Origin: Podospora anserina
Taxonomy: Eukaryota
DNA: 64,000 nt
NCBI GenBank assembly: GCA_017654855.1
Contig: JAFMPO010000001.1
Location: 248,001-312,000 of the forward strand
Reading direction: 5' to 3'
In this document: piece after piece, positions 38,166 through 50,700 of the stretch
Position numbering within the stretch: the first letter of the stretch is position 1
Layout: every line of letters starts with the position of its first letter
Notes under the pieces: generated by a model
Databases searched by the model: none
What the model was told of the DNA's origin: nothing
What the model saw: the letters and a program-made list of their open reading frames with translations, nothing else
Made by a program: the position numbers and the translations under genes

Positions 38166-39412
38166 TTATGAATAAGAGCCCAGTCGATTATGTTTCGACA
38201 CATAATCACATCACATCAAGTCAATCAATCAACAAATATCAAAGAACCTTTCCCCGAGCATGCTCCCCAAGTACTGCCAGGCTTGCTCCTAAATGTTTTT
38301 TCCTAGGTACTTGAAGATTTGTGACAGCTACCCGCCGAATTGGCGATGACTCCAGTACCGAAACAATATCATCACCAGCTGTGAGGAATGAGTGCCTTTA
38401 CCTCGTGCTCTTTACAGACGAACAGATGCAGTACGTGCGTGTTCAAGATCAGGTTGAGTTCGTCCCTGAGTCAATCCCGCGCAGCCCAAGTCACTTTCAT
38501 CAAAGTTGCCGGTGATCTAACTAGGTAACATGCGCCCACAACTGGCCAGGTCCAGGTCCAGGGTTCGATTAGGAAAGTCGAATTGATAGGCAAAAATAAG
38601 ATAATAAAGAGAAAAAGAACAGAGGAGAAAAAAGAATTGACAGAGGAGAGGAAATCCCTGGGCTCTGAAAGTCTTCTCATGCGTAAAATCCCAGCAAAAC
38701 TCGGGGACTTCGTCTTCCTCCAAGCCCTCCCGTGAAAAGGAAACGAAACCTGCATGGTGGATTCACGAATCCTAACCTGGATGGATGTCTTCTATCATGC
38801 CCTGGCCCAATCGCGGCTTTCCTTGGGCTTCAAAAGTCGCAGGAATCTGCATTCCTCCAACAGATCACGATAAACAAGCACAAGAAATCCCAATGGGACA
38901 ATAAAAACACGTGAAAGTGAACTTCAATTCATGCTCAATTTGAACGCAGCGTGCTACGCTTCCAGAGCTTCCCAAATCAACGCCAGGTCCCAGCCCTCCA
39001 CCATTATGTGAGCCTTTTGTTGAACCCCAATGCACCCGACCAAGCCAAAATATTTCATACAAATCGTCACTCAAAGCGATGTCGCTTCCGGTCGCCCTCA
39101 AGGGAATCCGGTTTTCTCTTGGATACTACGGTCAAGACATAGTGTCTTGCCTGGTTATTAATTGTTGGTGTCACTGTCTTGGGGACACACGAGTTGCTTC
39201 CGAGTTTGGGCGAGACTTGTTGGCGGATTTCTAGTCTCCGCTCCTCAACCTTGAGGACCCACAGTAATGTGAGTAGGACCTCCTTCGACGGTAGTGGTAC
39301 TCCTGTCGGCCATGTAGCTGGCCTACCGCTTTGCTGCTGCTGCTGCTCCTTTCCATCAGCTGCTGCCGCCGCCGAAGCGTCGCCTGCCTTAACCCGGTCA
39401 ACTGTGAATCCA

Positions 39413-40819
39413 TCAGAGGACACCAACCGCAAGGCCGCCATCGTCGCATCCATCAAGGGACGCGCCAGACTGGGGCTGCAGGTAAGGATCTTCCGAAGAA
39501 GTCTCAGTCTCAGGGAGGAGGGACGAGTCTGCGACCGCGCAGGAGGTAGGTTGCTGCGGCTGCTGCTCGTGGCTGGGGGCGAGGTTGGCGTCGTCGGAGA
39601 GGAAGTCATTGAAGTCAAAGTCGAGGTTGTTGACCTGGAACGGGAAGGCTTCGGTGTCGTCACCAGCCAGATGATCGTAGTCAAAAGTGCTGGAACCGGG
39701 GGAAGAGAGAAGCCCGCTTTCAAGGACATAGCGATCTGCATCAAAGGCCTCTGACAGAGAGAAATCAGGGCCGAGGTCGAAGTGAGAAGGAATTGGAGCT
39801 GTAAGTAGAGAGCCAGCGCTGGGCGCAACTGTTGTTGCGAGTTCTCCAACCACGCCGATGGTGGTGCTTCCGCCGACCGACACTGCAGGTCTTGGCACAA
39901 CATCTCAGCAGGATGTTGTGTCGCATCGGGGGAAGCCTTCACCACGGGGGCAGAGTCCGCAACAGGCGTTGAGACCGTCGCTGGGAGCTCGTGCTCTTCA
40001 TCAACCTCGGAAATAGGCGTCAGGGCCGCTGGGTCAACGGTAGTGTTGTTTTGTGTGTTGTGAAGTGTTGAGAGGGAATCTGGCTTGGCCAGAGTGCTGT
40101 GCCCATCTTGTGAGCTGAATAATGGTTGTGAGAAGCTGAGTTGCGATGAGAGTCTGAGGGCGTCGAAGGTCTCTGGTGACCCGGCCCCAGCACCGAGCCT
40201 GGCGGCGTTGCGGAGTTGTTCGAGAAGAAACTCGTTGGTTTGGGTGGCCTTGGCGAGAGCGGCCTCCAACTCCTGGTTGCGCTTCTCAAGACCCTCCACC
40301 TCCAAGCGCTTGCGCTCCCGAGAGGACTGGGCCGCGCGACGGTTGCGTAGGACGCGCTCCACGCGGCGCTGCTCCTTCTCATCTTCAGTCTTGGCACGTT
40401 TCCTAAAAGCTGGTGTTAGCTCCATGATTTGTTGTGGGGAAAGACCCCCGATGGGTCCACATGATTGCATCATCGTACCTTGGTGGGAGGTTGGTCTTGG
40501 GCTCTGGCAGCACCTGACCCCATGATTTCCTCTTCTTGACCGGCTTCTTCTCTGGCTCTGGGGTGCCGGCAGTCGAGGAAGGGGTCACGGGCGTCGGAGA
40601 CTGTGTGTTGGCTTGGGTGAGAGCGGCGAGGCTGGCCAGCATCGCGACGTCGGATGTCGGGTCCGCCATAACGGAAGGAGCGGGGGATGACTCGGCGCCA
40701 AAGAGCGAAGGGTACATCTCGCCAGGGGTCGACAGGAGAGAATCGTTTGGCGAGTTCTCAAACTTGATTGTCGGCGACGGGGTGTGCGTCTGGGTGTGGG
40801 CGGTGGACCAGGACTCCAT
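39413..40819 (-). CDS. HAC1: UPR bZIP transcription factor HAC1 (spliced form; the unspliced frame ends at 39067)
   Basis: KKRKSWGQVLPEPKTNLPPRKRAKTEDEKEQRRVERVLRNRRAAQSSRERKR; spliceosomal intron 40478-40403; Ire1 intron 39908-39886. Confidence 0.96.
39886..39908 (-). other. Unconventional 23-nt Ire1-cleaved intron
   Basis: CACAACATC-CTG^CTGA-GATGTTGTG hairpin and GAC-CTG^CAGT-GTC; removal shifts the frame to HPAVSVGG...DDGGLAVGVL. Confidence 0.93.
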
Positions 40820-43800
40820 TTTGAATTGCTGGTGGGGATGGGTATCTGGGTATTTGCACCACGAAGGAGGACTTGTAGGTTTGTCGTGTTGTTTCTGTAG
40901 GATTATGTCGCGTCGTATGCTTTGTCAATTCGGTGGAGCCGGGTTTGACAAAGAAGCGGGTGGTAACAGAAAGAGTTGACTGTAAGGAGGTGCCGTCCTG
41001 AAGCCTCAATACAAATATGTCAAAGAAGGAAATTGCTAAGGATTACGCATTGCGTGTAATGACGAGGCCATCAGAAAGTGGAAGCCTTGTTCGTGACTCA
41101 AGGCTGCGGTGGAGCTGGATGGCTGCGTTGCGTGGTCAAAAGGACAGAGTGTCTTTTTTGGAAAAGAGGGTGGTCTGCTGGGGAGACGCTGTCAGACGTT
41201 GGGGCCAGGACGTGCTTTTATCTTTTGGCCACGTCGCCTGTAAAAGGGGTCGGGCTGCCTGAGGCACACATGGCCTCTGCGGTGTCTTATTGAGGGCCCC
41301 ACACATCCAGGAGTGACAAAGAATTGCGACATCCGCATCCCAAACAGGGAAGAGCCCACAATATTCAGACGGAAGCCTGTCAGGGGCACGTCCGACGTGC
41401 ATCCACCAGTGGCTCCACCATCGACTTCAGCAACACCGATCAGGGAGGAGCAATGCTCACACAACGCACTGGAACATGCGAGGAGGCGGGGGCGTATTGG
41501 CAGCAGTAGCAGCCCTTCGATTCCATCAGCCATTGAGCCTTTTCCATCAGCCCTCGCTCCGTCGAGTCGTGGGTTGACACACGCCCGTTCAGGGGGTGCC
41601 GACGGCTGAGCCAACGTCAAATGGAAGGTGGAAACGTTCCTCCCGCACTCCGGCCGCCGTACGTCTATCGCTCCACCAGATAAGCCTCGTGGTGGTGGCA
41701 GATAGGTCTCGCCAAACTTAGCACCATCCACTGTGGGTTTAACTTGGACTGATTGGGATAGCGACGCTTCAACGGTCTGTTGATCCGAAAGCACATGCTT
41801 GAGGCATTCTTGCTCTCTGCATCAACTGGCGAGTTTCCGTGGTTCAACCGATGTCTCATGCATTGATGGACAGGCGGGGGTGGCACTGAGAGCAACAACA
41901 ATGTGTAGAAGACCGCCTGTACGGAGCAGCATGTCATCCGATTGCTATGGCGGAGACTTTTGGAGCAACTACGGAGTTCCCATTCGCCATGCTCCATTTG
42001 GTGATAAAGAGAATGGAGTCGCTATCTCGCCACTGCCATACGCCGCGGTCAATCTAGAGATTATTAGCAACACATATGACTGCGGTGCCACCAGCTGCAA
42101 CCTGCGCCGTTTGATCGGGAGCAAATGCACAGAAAAATCGGGTCATTCGGGACGACTGTTGAAAGGTTGAGCCAGCCTCCGTCCAGAATCATATCACACG
42201 GTGGTACGCAATCTGGAATGGGAGAGCGACGGCATGGCAAAACCTGGAGAAGTGGATCTCGAACAGGCTGAATGACCCTGGATCCAAACACCAATAAAGC
42301 GAGCACCTGCAGCAAAGCCTTGAGAGAAGCATTGCGGAGGAAGCTGCCGAGGAGCTTCTCTTAGATTGGAGTTCATGGCCATTTACCAGGTGCGGTACTT
42401 CTAGAAACTGCCCTCATTAATCAATTCCACCCTCTTGGCCTGCTTCTCGTAACGCGGGAGCTCTTCGGCATTGTACCGGGCCGTCTGGGCGACAGATATG
42501 TCAATTGAAGTCTGGATGAGTACTTTCAGTGAGAATATTGAAAGCATCGATGAGTATCTGATGCTTCGATACGCATGGTGTTTGACTCCACCCAGCAATT
42601 ATCAGGCAGTGATCAAGATGGTACCGGCAACGGAGTCCTCGGCCGTATTCCAGGTTGTGTACGGCAATTGCTTTGTACGGCCTTTTGTACAACCTCAGCC
42701 TCCTCCCCAGGTGTAACTCCATTGTTGCTTCTCAATGGTTGCCTGCACTATCATGGCGGGGTTGTAGGACAACGGCTGACTGCCTGGTGCATTGCTGATG
42801 GGTGAGAGGCATAAGCGTTGGTGCTGACGAAGTGCACTGCATCCACTTGAAGCTGACACTGCCGCATTTCTATCCAACAGCCCCCAGAAGGATCACTATT
42901 CCTGCGGTCACGGGTATTCGGGGCGCTTGGCTGTGGTTACGACGTCTGCATTCGTGAGGCCGTATAATTGTCGTATCTACCTACACAAGCCCAGTTAAGC
43001 CCCGCTTCCCACCCAGTATTTTACTCGAAGATTATCATGCCGCCCTTTGTCAAAAAGATCAGCATGAATAAGTCCATCATCAGCGGGGAGAATGTGCGTT
43101 CCAGAGTCTAGAGACAATATTCTGCAAGAGGGGCAACTGATTCCGATTCTGGGTATGCCGATAATAGGCCCAAATAGGAAAGGCGTGGTATCGGAATAGA
43201 AACGCCAAGGATCATGGTCTCCCTCTGGACTCGGGCGAAGGAGCCTTCGGTGCGGCAGAGGGAGGGTTCTTCCCAAGGGCAGGGAGTTGCTTGCACCAGA
43301 AAATTGTTTGATCGATCGCTTGGACGATCAGCGGTTGATCCAAAACCCCCTTCTTGCCACGCGCTGGTGATGAATCCACAAGTTTCCCGTTGGGGAGAGG
43401 ACGGAAATCAATGGGAGTCTGCCATTTTCTTTTTTTTTGTGCTTACTACCTTGCTCGCCTCGTTACACAAAATCTGCCCTGTCAAATAAATATTTCCATT
43501 TAACCCCAATTTCTTTTTTTGTTCCTGCTTCAAAGAATAACGACTCTTTGCTATTAGGCGCGCCATATACCACCGCCCAGAGGTTTTCGGACGACAATTC
43601 GGCCCTCCACCGGACCTTTCCAACAGAAGCTGCATAACATCCGGTCTATTCAAGGATGGATTGGGAACGGCCCTCCCGGTGAGGGGAATAAGGAGGAGAG
43701 CAATGAGAAGGGCGGCGAAACTCACGGTTGCAGGCCGGGTGGAGTGGCCCGACCTCCCTTCGCTTTCCCAGGGGTTTCTTTGCAACCATCATCCACATGC

Positions 43801-44948
43801 TTTGGAACCGCCACCCTTGGAACTGCCAACACTAGCAATGGAAGCGAGCGAAGGGGTTCACCAACCGACAACCGGTCGCTTGTTTCCGCTCCCTCTCGCT
43901 CCCCCGCATAACAATCAATCGCCAAGTCGCCTCCGCGGGACGCCATTCCCCCAGACTCCTCCAGCCTTCCAATATCCCAACCCCAAAGGCGGCTCTGTGA
44001 TCCGTGCCTGCTTGCTGCATGAGACGCACACTTTTTGGAGACGAAGCACAAACGGGACGACGGGCAAGCAAACCACAAAACCCACAACTCCACAGGCCTT
44101 AACTCCAATCGAACGAATCCATCCGTGATCGTCCCTCTTTTTCCCACCCACAGCACTCCATCCTGTGGAGCAAACTCTTTATTATGGAACCTGGGGTAAA
44201 AACCAAACGGGCCTCGAATGGAGGGATGGAGCTGGATCGGGTTGGATCCCCCCAGTTCCCCAGATTCTCCAGGTGCCACTCATCGGTAGTGATCTTCCGC
44301 ATCTTGTCCACCTATCGATCCGTTCCTTCCTTGTTCTCATTCCCCCGTTTTCTGTCATGGCGCTGGGGCTGCCTGTCACACCAATGTCAACCATGTGGAT
44401 GCCCCCCAGAAGTCTGGGGTAAAGTCATGTCAAGCGGCAGGAACTCGCATGGGTAGAGCGTTGGTCCGCACATGAAGAGTGGACGGCACGCTTGTTGGTG
44501 ACGGCGCCAAAGCATACAATGTCATGATGGCCCCCGGACCCTCGGTCCTCTGAAGAGAGGTATATTATGTGCTGGATGTCGCGACATCTGAGCCATACCA
44601 CCGTCCCCCGATCTCTTCACGTTCCCAACATCACGTCCTGTATGTACATGCAAGATCTCTTTCTCTTGATCACCCATCCAGACGCACAAATTTTGAAAAG
44701 GCCTGTTTATGTACAATATAATACTGGCTGCTCTATGTTCAAGTCCCCCGTCTATCAATGCTTGCCACCCAATCGCCAGATCCCTAATGCCCCCAATGTT
44801 CCCTCCCCCTTTTTTATTTTTGCAGACCCCAAACGCCTGACACTAAACATGCTGACCGCTCAGACGCCATTATGTCTTCAGAGTTGAGCATAAAACCCCC
44901 TCAAAACAGACACACCGATGTCTGGAACTCGTTCGATTGATTGCTCCT

Positions 44949-45720
44949 CTAGAACTGCTCGTGGCCCCAGGGGGGGGGAACGCCCCAAGGATGAGGAGCC
45001 TTGTTGATGCCTTCAATATCGCTCGTGACCCACCCGCCGTAGAAGTCTTGCGGGGGAGACTGGGCGCGTTCGCCGTCGACATAGCACTCCCAAGGACCCG
45101 CAAAGAAGGCCAGATAGCCCTTGATGGCCTCAAAATCTTTTGGAGGCTCGTTGAACGACCAGATGCGGTTGCTCACCGTGTCAGCCGCGTTGATGGGGCT
45201 CATCATGGCGTAGTAGGTTATGGGACCTCTGAACTCGTCAAAGGAGGTACGAGGAGTCGTCGAGAGAGGAAGTCTGACGCGGGAGGGTGGGATGAAGTAA
45301 GCTACACGCGGCAAAAAGGTCAAGGTTAGCGGTTGGCCATGATGAGTCTGCCATTGAAATCGAGCGTCGGGTCCCTGCATATCACCGCCAGATGGGAGCT
45401 CGAAGAGTGGATTGAGACCCCGATCTGGATGGAGCTCAACGGCCTGGCCGGGTCGCCGGAGGGAAATGGCGGGAAGACGGTGGACCGACTGACTCCATCT
45501 CCGGACTCGACCTGGCGGAACTTGTCGACTAGAAGGGGCGCAACCTACTGGGCGCGTGATGGGTCTCCAGACACCAGTAAGCCTCACCGGGCGGGCAATC
45601 GGCTATAAGTTGGCCATGCCACTTGATCTGGATGTGTCTCTGGACTCGGTCCACCACGGGGGGACGCGGAAATGTCGTGACGTTGTGTTTCCGCATCGCC
45701 GACATGTTGTAGTTACTCAT
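44949..45720 (-). CDS. DUF427 (NTP_transf_9) protein
   Basis: FPRPP, LETHHAP/YFIP joined by a ~250-nt intron, IKGYLAFFAGPWECYVDGE, DFYGGWVTSDIEG. Confidence 0.8.
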
Positions 45721-46443
45721 GTGGATGGTGTTTTGGGGAGAGATGCCGTCTAAGAGTGTCTTTTCGTGGTAATCAAATGTCTCACTGGTTCAGATCCGAG
45801 GACGAGGACTGGAAGAAAATTGTCTTTCGATGCCTGAAAAGTCAAAACTAGCAGCATCCATGTGCTCCTCGCAGTGGGACCAAAGTTTTGGCTTGACGTA
45901 GACCCACTTTCACCTTTCCACGGTTCACTGTTCGTTCACCCGAGGGGGCAGGCTCAATCCCGTATCCGCCTTCCATTGCCGAGCGTGTTTTTGTGCACCT
46001 TCCGTCCGTGTAGACAGTGGCTCGGGTCCTCGGTATCCATTATTCACGGGTTGCCCCTTTCCCTTGAGGCCAAAAAAAAAAAAACACAGCACAAGCCACA
46101 ACGTGCCACTGAATAGGGTGAGCGGTGAAGAGGCCCCTGTCACCCAACTGCGTCATGCTTTGTGGCGTTGGATTTGACCCCCCTGAGAACCCCACCATTT
46201 TCTCGGCCAGAGCCCCGCACTCTGCCAGCCGAGCCAACTGCGGCCGGCAGCTGGGACGCAAGGCAGCTGACGTTACCTAACAACCTTGCGCCTCGCCAAA
46301 TCAATCAATCCACTGCCTTGCAACGACAACGATATCACCACCTCGAAACGCTCGCGCAAACCTCACCGTCCCCCTCGACGACGTCCTTCTTTTCGGGCCA
46401 AACCCTTTTGTACAAACAACATTCTAGAATCACAGCCGCCACC

Positions 46444-47232
46444 ATGGCAAATCGACAACTCGCTCGGGATATGCAAACCGAGTTTCAGGCGCGAGTAGGC
46501 ACCCCACGATTCCCTTGTCGCCGACAGCAGTGGCAACTATCATCATGCTCCTCTGCTAACATTCCCTCCCCTCTCAGTTCAACGCCAAGCAAGCCCGCCG
46601 CGAAGCCCAAAAGGCGGCCAAACAAGACAACGAGCTAAAGAAGCAAATCCAAAACGTATCTCTCCCCTTCTTCCCCCGCTTGGCCATTATCTGCCCCCCC
46701 CCCTCTAACCTCCCATCTCGAAATCTAGCTCCTCAAAAAAGGCGAAACCGCCCAAGCCGCCCAAAAAGCCCGCATGCTCCTTGCCAAACAAGCCATCGCC
46801 GCCCAAATGGACCAAGCCGCCGACATGGCCGAGCTCTCCCTCGCCCAGATCCAGGCCAACAACGCAATGAACCGCATGACGCACATGATGGCCCAGTCCT
46901 CCCGCACGATGCAGCGCGCCCAGCGCCAGGCCAACCCCGAAAAGACGCTCCTGACCCTCGAGCAGTTCCGCAGCCAGAACGAAGAGTACGCCATGTCCAA
47001 TGGGATTTATCAGGACGCCATGACGCAGAACACTTCGGTGCAGGTCAGCGATGATGCTGTGCATGAGCTGTTGGGCAAGTTGGCGGATGATGCGGGGTTG
47101 GAGTTGAACCAGGAGCTGGCAAAGGCGAATGCGAGCAAGGTTGATCCGGTGAAGGAGCCGGCGCAGGCCGTGGAGCCGACGGCGGAGGAGGAGGATGCGC
47201 TGCAGCAGAGGTTGAGGGCTTTGCGGGCATAG
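46444..47232 (+). CDS. Snf7/ESCRT-III family protein, Did2/CHMP1-like
   Basis: Basic helical N-terminus (FNAKQARREAQKAAK), VHELLGKLADDAGLEL, C-terminal MIM1-like EDALQQRLRALRA; two introns. Confidence 0.85.
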
Positions 47233-47746
47233 ATTTTTGGGAAGGGTAGTGGATGGGAAGGGAACGACGAACACGAGATTACGAAATGAGGTATATTTGG
47301 TTTCCTGGGTTAAGGAGGAAGAATTTCTATTTTTCGTTTTGGCGTTTTGGCGTTTATCGGGTTTGATACTGCCAGGCATGATGCTTTGGAAGTCCCAAGA
47401 GGACTTTACCATGGGTTATGATCCTTGTGGTTGGGGGAAAGTGTTGGAATAGATCACACGTCATAGTCAATTTGGGTCACATGTGGCCAAGATATATCAA
47501 GACATTGCAAGAGCTTGTATTTCAAGCCGCCACCAACGCTCAAACTCATGATTCCCACCAGAGAAGCTCTCATGCTTATATGTCGCTCAACTTTGAAGCA
47601 TTCCTTCGTTGAAGTAAACGAGCCATATTCTCCTCCAGAGCTAACCTTCATCTTGCCAAATCAGCGCCTGCCATATGACCCCATAACTCCCAACTGGCCA
47701 CCAAATAACCCATAACATCATGCAAATCGCTAGCAGTCAGCCGCGT

Positions 47747-50700
47747 TTACATGTAAAGACTAGCCACAGCAGTAATATCCCTCCTGATCAACTCCTGCGC
47801 CACCGTCATCTTCTGATACAACTCGGGATCACCGATAATCCTAGCCGCATTCTTCACCTCCCTGCACGTCTCATCCAACCGGGAAATCGTCCGCACAATC
47901 GTTCCCTCCAACACATCCGTCAGATTCGTGATATTCTTGAAGCTGACACCCTTGGCCCACTCATACACCACCTCCATCAACCCAAACCTAGGCTTGCTGA
48001 CAAAGTCGTTGGACTCCTCTGATGTCTGGATAACCTGGTGGAGAGTCTGCACCGCATTGACCTTTTCGGAGAGCTCGACAATAGTCTTCATGCCCTTCTC
48101 TAGGTTGTGCGTCAGCTTTGGGATGGACTCTGTCTTCTCCTGAAAGACAAACGCCGAGAGCAGAGCGGCGATTTCGGCGGGCTCGTAGTCGGCGAGGACG
48201 TTCTCGAGGATGAGCTCGGTAAGGACAAGCTCGTCGCCAGAGTGAATCTCACAGGCTACCTTGCCCTTGAGCTGGATCCGGGTTTCTTCGTCAATGAAGC
48301 GAAGGTCCTTGAGAACCTGGATACGCTGCTCGTAGTCGGGGAGGAGCTGCAGGTTTTGGTTGGAGAGGGCCTGGCGGAGCTGGTCGATGTTGGTCTTGAT
48401 GAGCCACTGATCGTGGCACATGGCGTAGTGCTTCAAGAAGAACGTGCAAAGCGGAGCGGCGGATTTTGTGAGCTTGACCTCCGCCTCACGGCGCTTGTTA
48501 ATGATGTCGTGAATAGCCAGGCTCTTGATGCGGCCCAGATCCATCTCATCCCAGTGATCAGAGGCCCAGGTGCGGCAGATGGTATGAAGCTTGTCCTTGG
48601 CTTTTTGGTAGCCTTCGCCGCTGCCAAAGATGTCTGGCAGGATGCCCTTGGTGACATACTTTGTCAAGCATACCAAGTCACTCAGGGGGATGTGCAATGT
48701 CTTGGTCCCGATATGCTTCTTGGCCTGGGGAAGTGACGTGTAGTACTTGCGTAGACTGGGCACAAAGGGCAGCAAGTCCGTGTCATTGCGAATTTCTCGA
48801 TTCGTCCTAATTTCGAGAACATGCAACATTGGAACCGTCGCGCTGCTTTTGGTGCTGGCGCCTTCAGCGAGCAACAAACCAGGAGTGCGGACACCTTCCT
48901 TCATCCAGACGATGAGACGACCAGGCGTAAACATCTTCCGGCCAATCGGAATGTTCAGCAACGCGCGATACAGCTCCTCTGTCAACTGCTTGAAGTCCTC
49001 ACCCGCCTGGTGACATTCGTCCATATGAACGTCACAAATCTGACAAGAATCCCTCTTGACCTTTGCCAAATCTGCCTCGGATAGTTTGACCGCCTTCTCG
49101 TGCTCGGGTAAGAGCTGTTGAGTGGCGTGTTCTGAGAAACTACGCTTAATCATTTCCTCGATCTTCAGAGCTTCGACGCGTAGTAGGTTCAAGATCATAT
49201 TGTAGGTCAGGCGGAATTGAGACCGGAGCTTGCTAGGCTCTCCGAGAATCATTTGCCGGAGATCAGTGACAGGGGGGGCTTCATCGCCACCAGGAGGCAC
49301 AATGATGACGGAACCGACAGTATCGAGACCGCGTCTACCGGCCCGACCAGCCATCTGTGTGTATTCACCAGGAAGGAGATTGCGGAAAGAATGGCCGTCA
49401 TGCTTGCGGTATCCCGAGAAGACAACTGTTCTCGTGGGCAAGTTCAGGCCCATGGCGAAGGTCTCAGTCGCGAAAAGAACCTTGACCAGAGTCTGGGCGA
49501 AAAGAATTTCCACCAACTCCTTGACGATAGGGAGCAAACCACCATGATGGACTGCGATACCTCGCGAGAGCAGCTCTCGAAGGCGCACAATCTGGGGCAG
49601 AGTTCTGTCCTCGGGCTTCAAACGAGCAATCGACTTCTCAATCGTCATATGAATCGCACTCTTTTCTTGAGCGGTGCAGAAGTCCTGGTTGCTCAGAGCA
49701 TCTGCATTCTCCTCACATCTCTTCTTGGAAAAGACGAAGATACAGGCCGGAAGAAGAGTCTGCTTCTTGAGGAACTGGACGAGGTGAACCCACAAGTTCT
49801 TGTCCTGAGCAGCAGATGTAAACCCTCCTGGTCGGCCTGTCCGGCCCATATGTCCGGGATTGTGGCTCGCGCGTGGTGGTCCACCTCTCCCACGCTGCTG
49901 TTGTCCGCCACCCCGACCGCCGCCACGTTGCTGATTGCCCCCTCTTTGCTGGCCTCCACGGCCACCACCTCTCTGGTTGCCACCACCCCGAGCTGGTGCG
50001 GCCTCGATGGCCTTTGGTGGCTTGTCCTTGCCCTGCATAGCCGCATTCGCATCCTTCCACCCCTTCTCGACGAACCTCTTCTCAGAGTCGACGATTTTGT
50101 AGATGTTTTTGTTGGCCCAGAGATAGTGCTCTAACGGCACAGGTCTCTTCGGCGTAGAAATGACGTAAATATCTTTCTGCTTTGTGCGTCCTACCCACGA
50201 GGCGAACTCATGAGTGTTGGGGACGGTAGCAGAAAGAAGAATCAAGGACACATGCTCTGGTAGCATAATGATGACCTCTTCCCAGACAACACCACGCTCA
50301 AAGTCGTTTACATAGTGGACCTCGTCGAAGATGACGAACTCGACATCGCGGATGATATCGGCTCCACGGTAAAGCATACTGCGCAGAATCTCCGTAGTCA
50401 TGATGAGACAGCTGGCCTCTGGGTTGATCTGAACATCACCAGTCAGAATACCAACCTCGTCGAACGTCCGTCTGAAGTCACGGAACTTTTGGTTGCTGAG
50501 CGCCTTGATCGGGGATGTGTAAATAGCCTTCGTCATGTGTTTTGCCGCAAGAGCAATGGCGTATTCAGCCACCACTGTCTTGCCTGCAGAAGTATGGGCT
50601 GCGACGAACACCGAGTCGCCATTTTCAAGATGATAGACGGCTTCCTTTTGGAAGTTGTCAAGTTCGAATGGCCATTCTCTGGCTGGATCTGGCACCAGCT

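Noticed and set aside
42190-43280. Possible decayed gene on the minus strand
   Set aside because: Protein-like fragments with many stops but no assignable motif.
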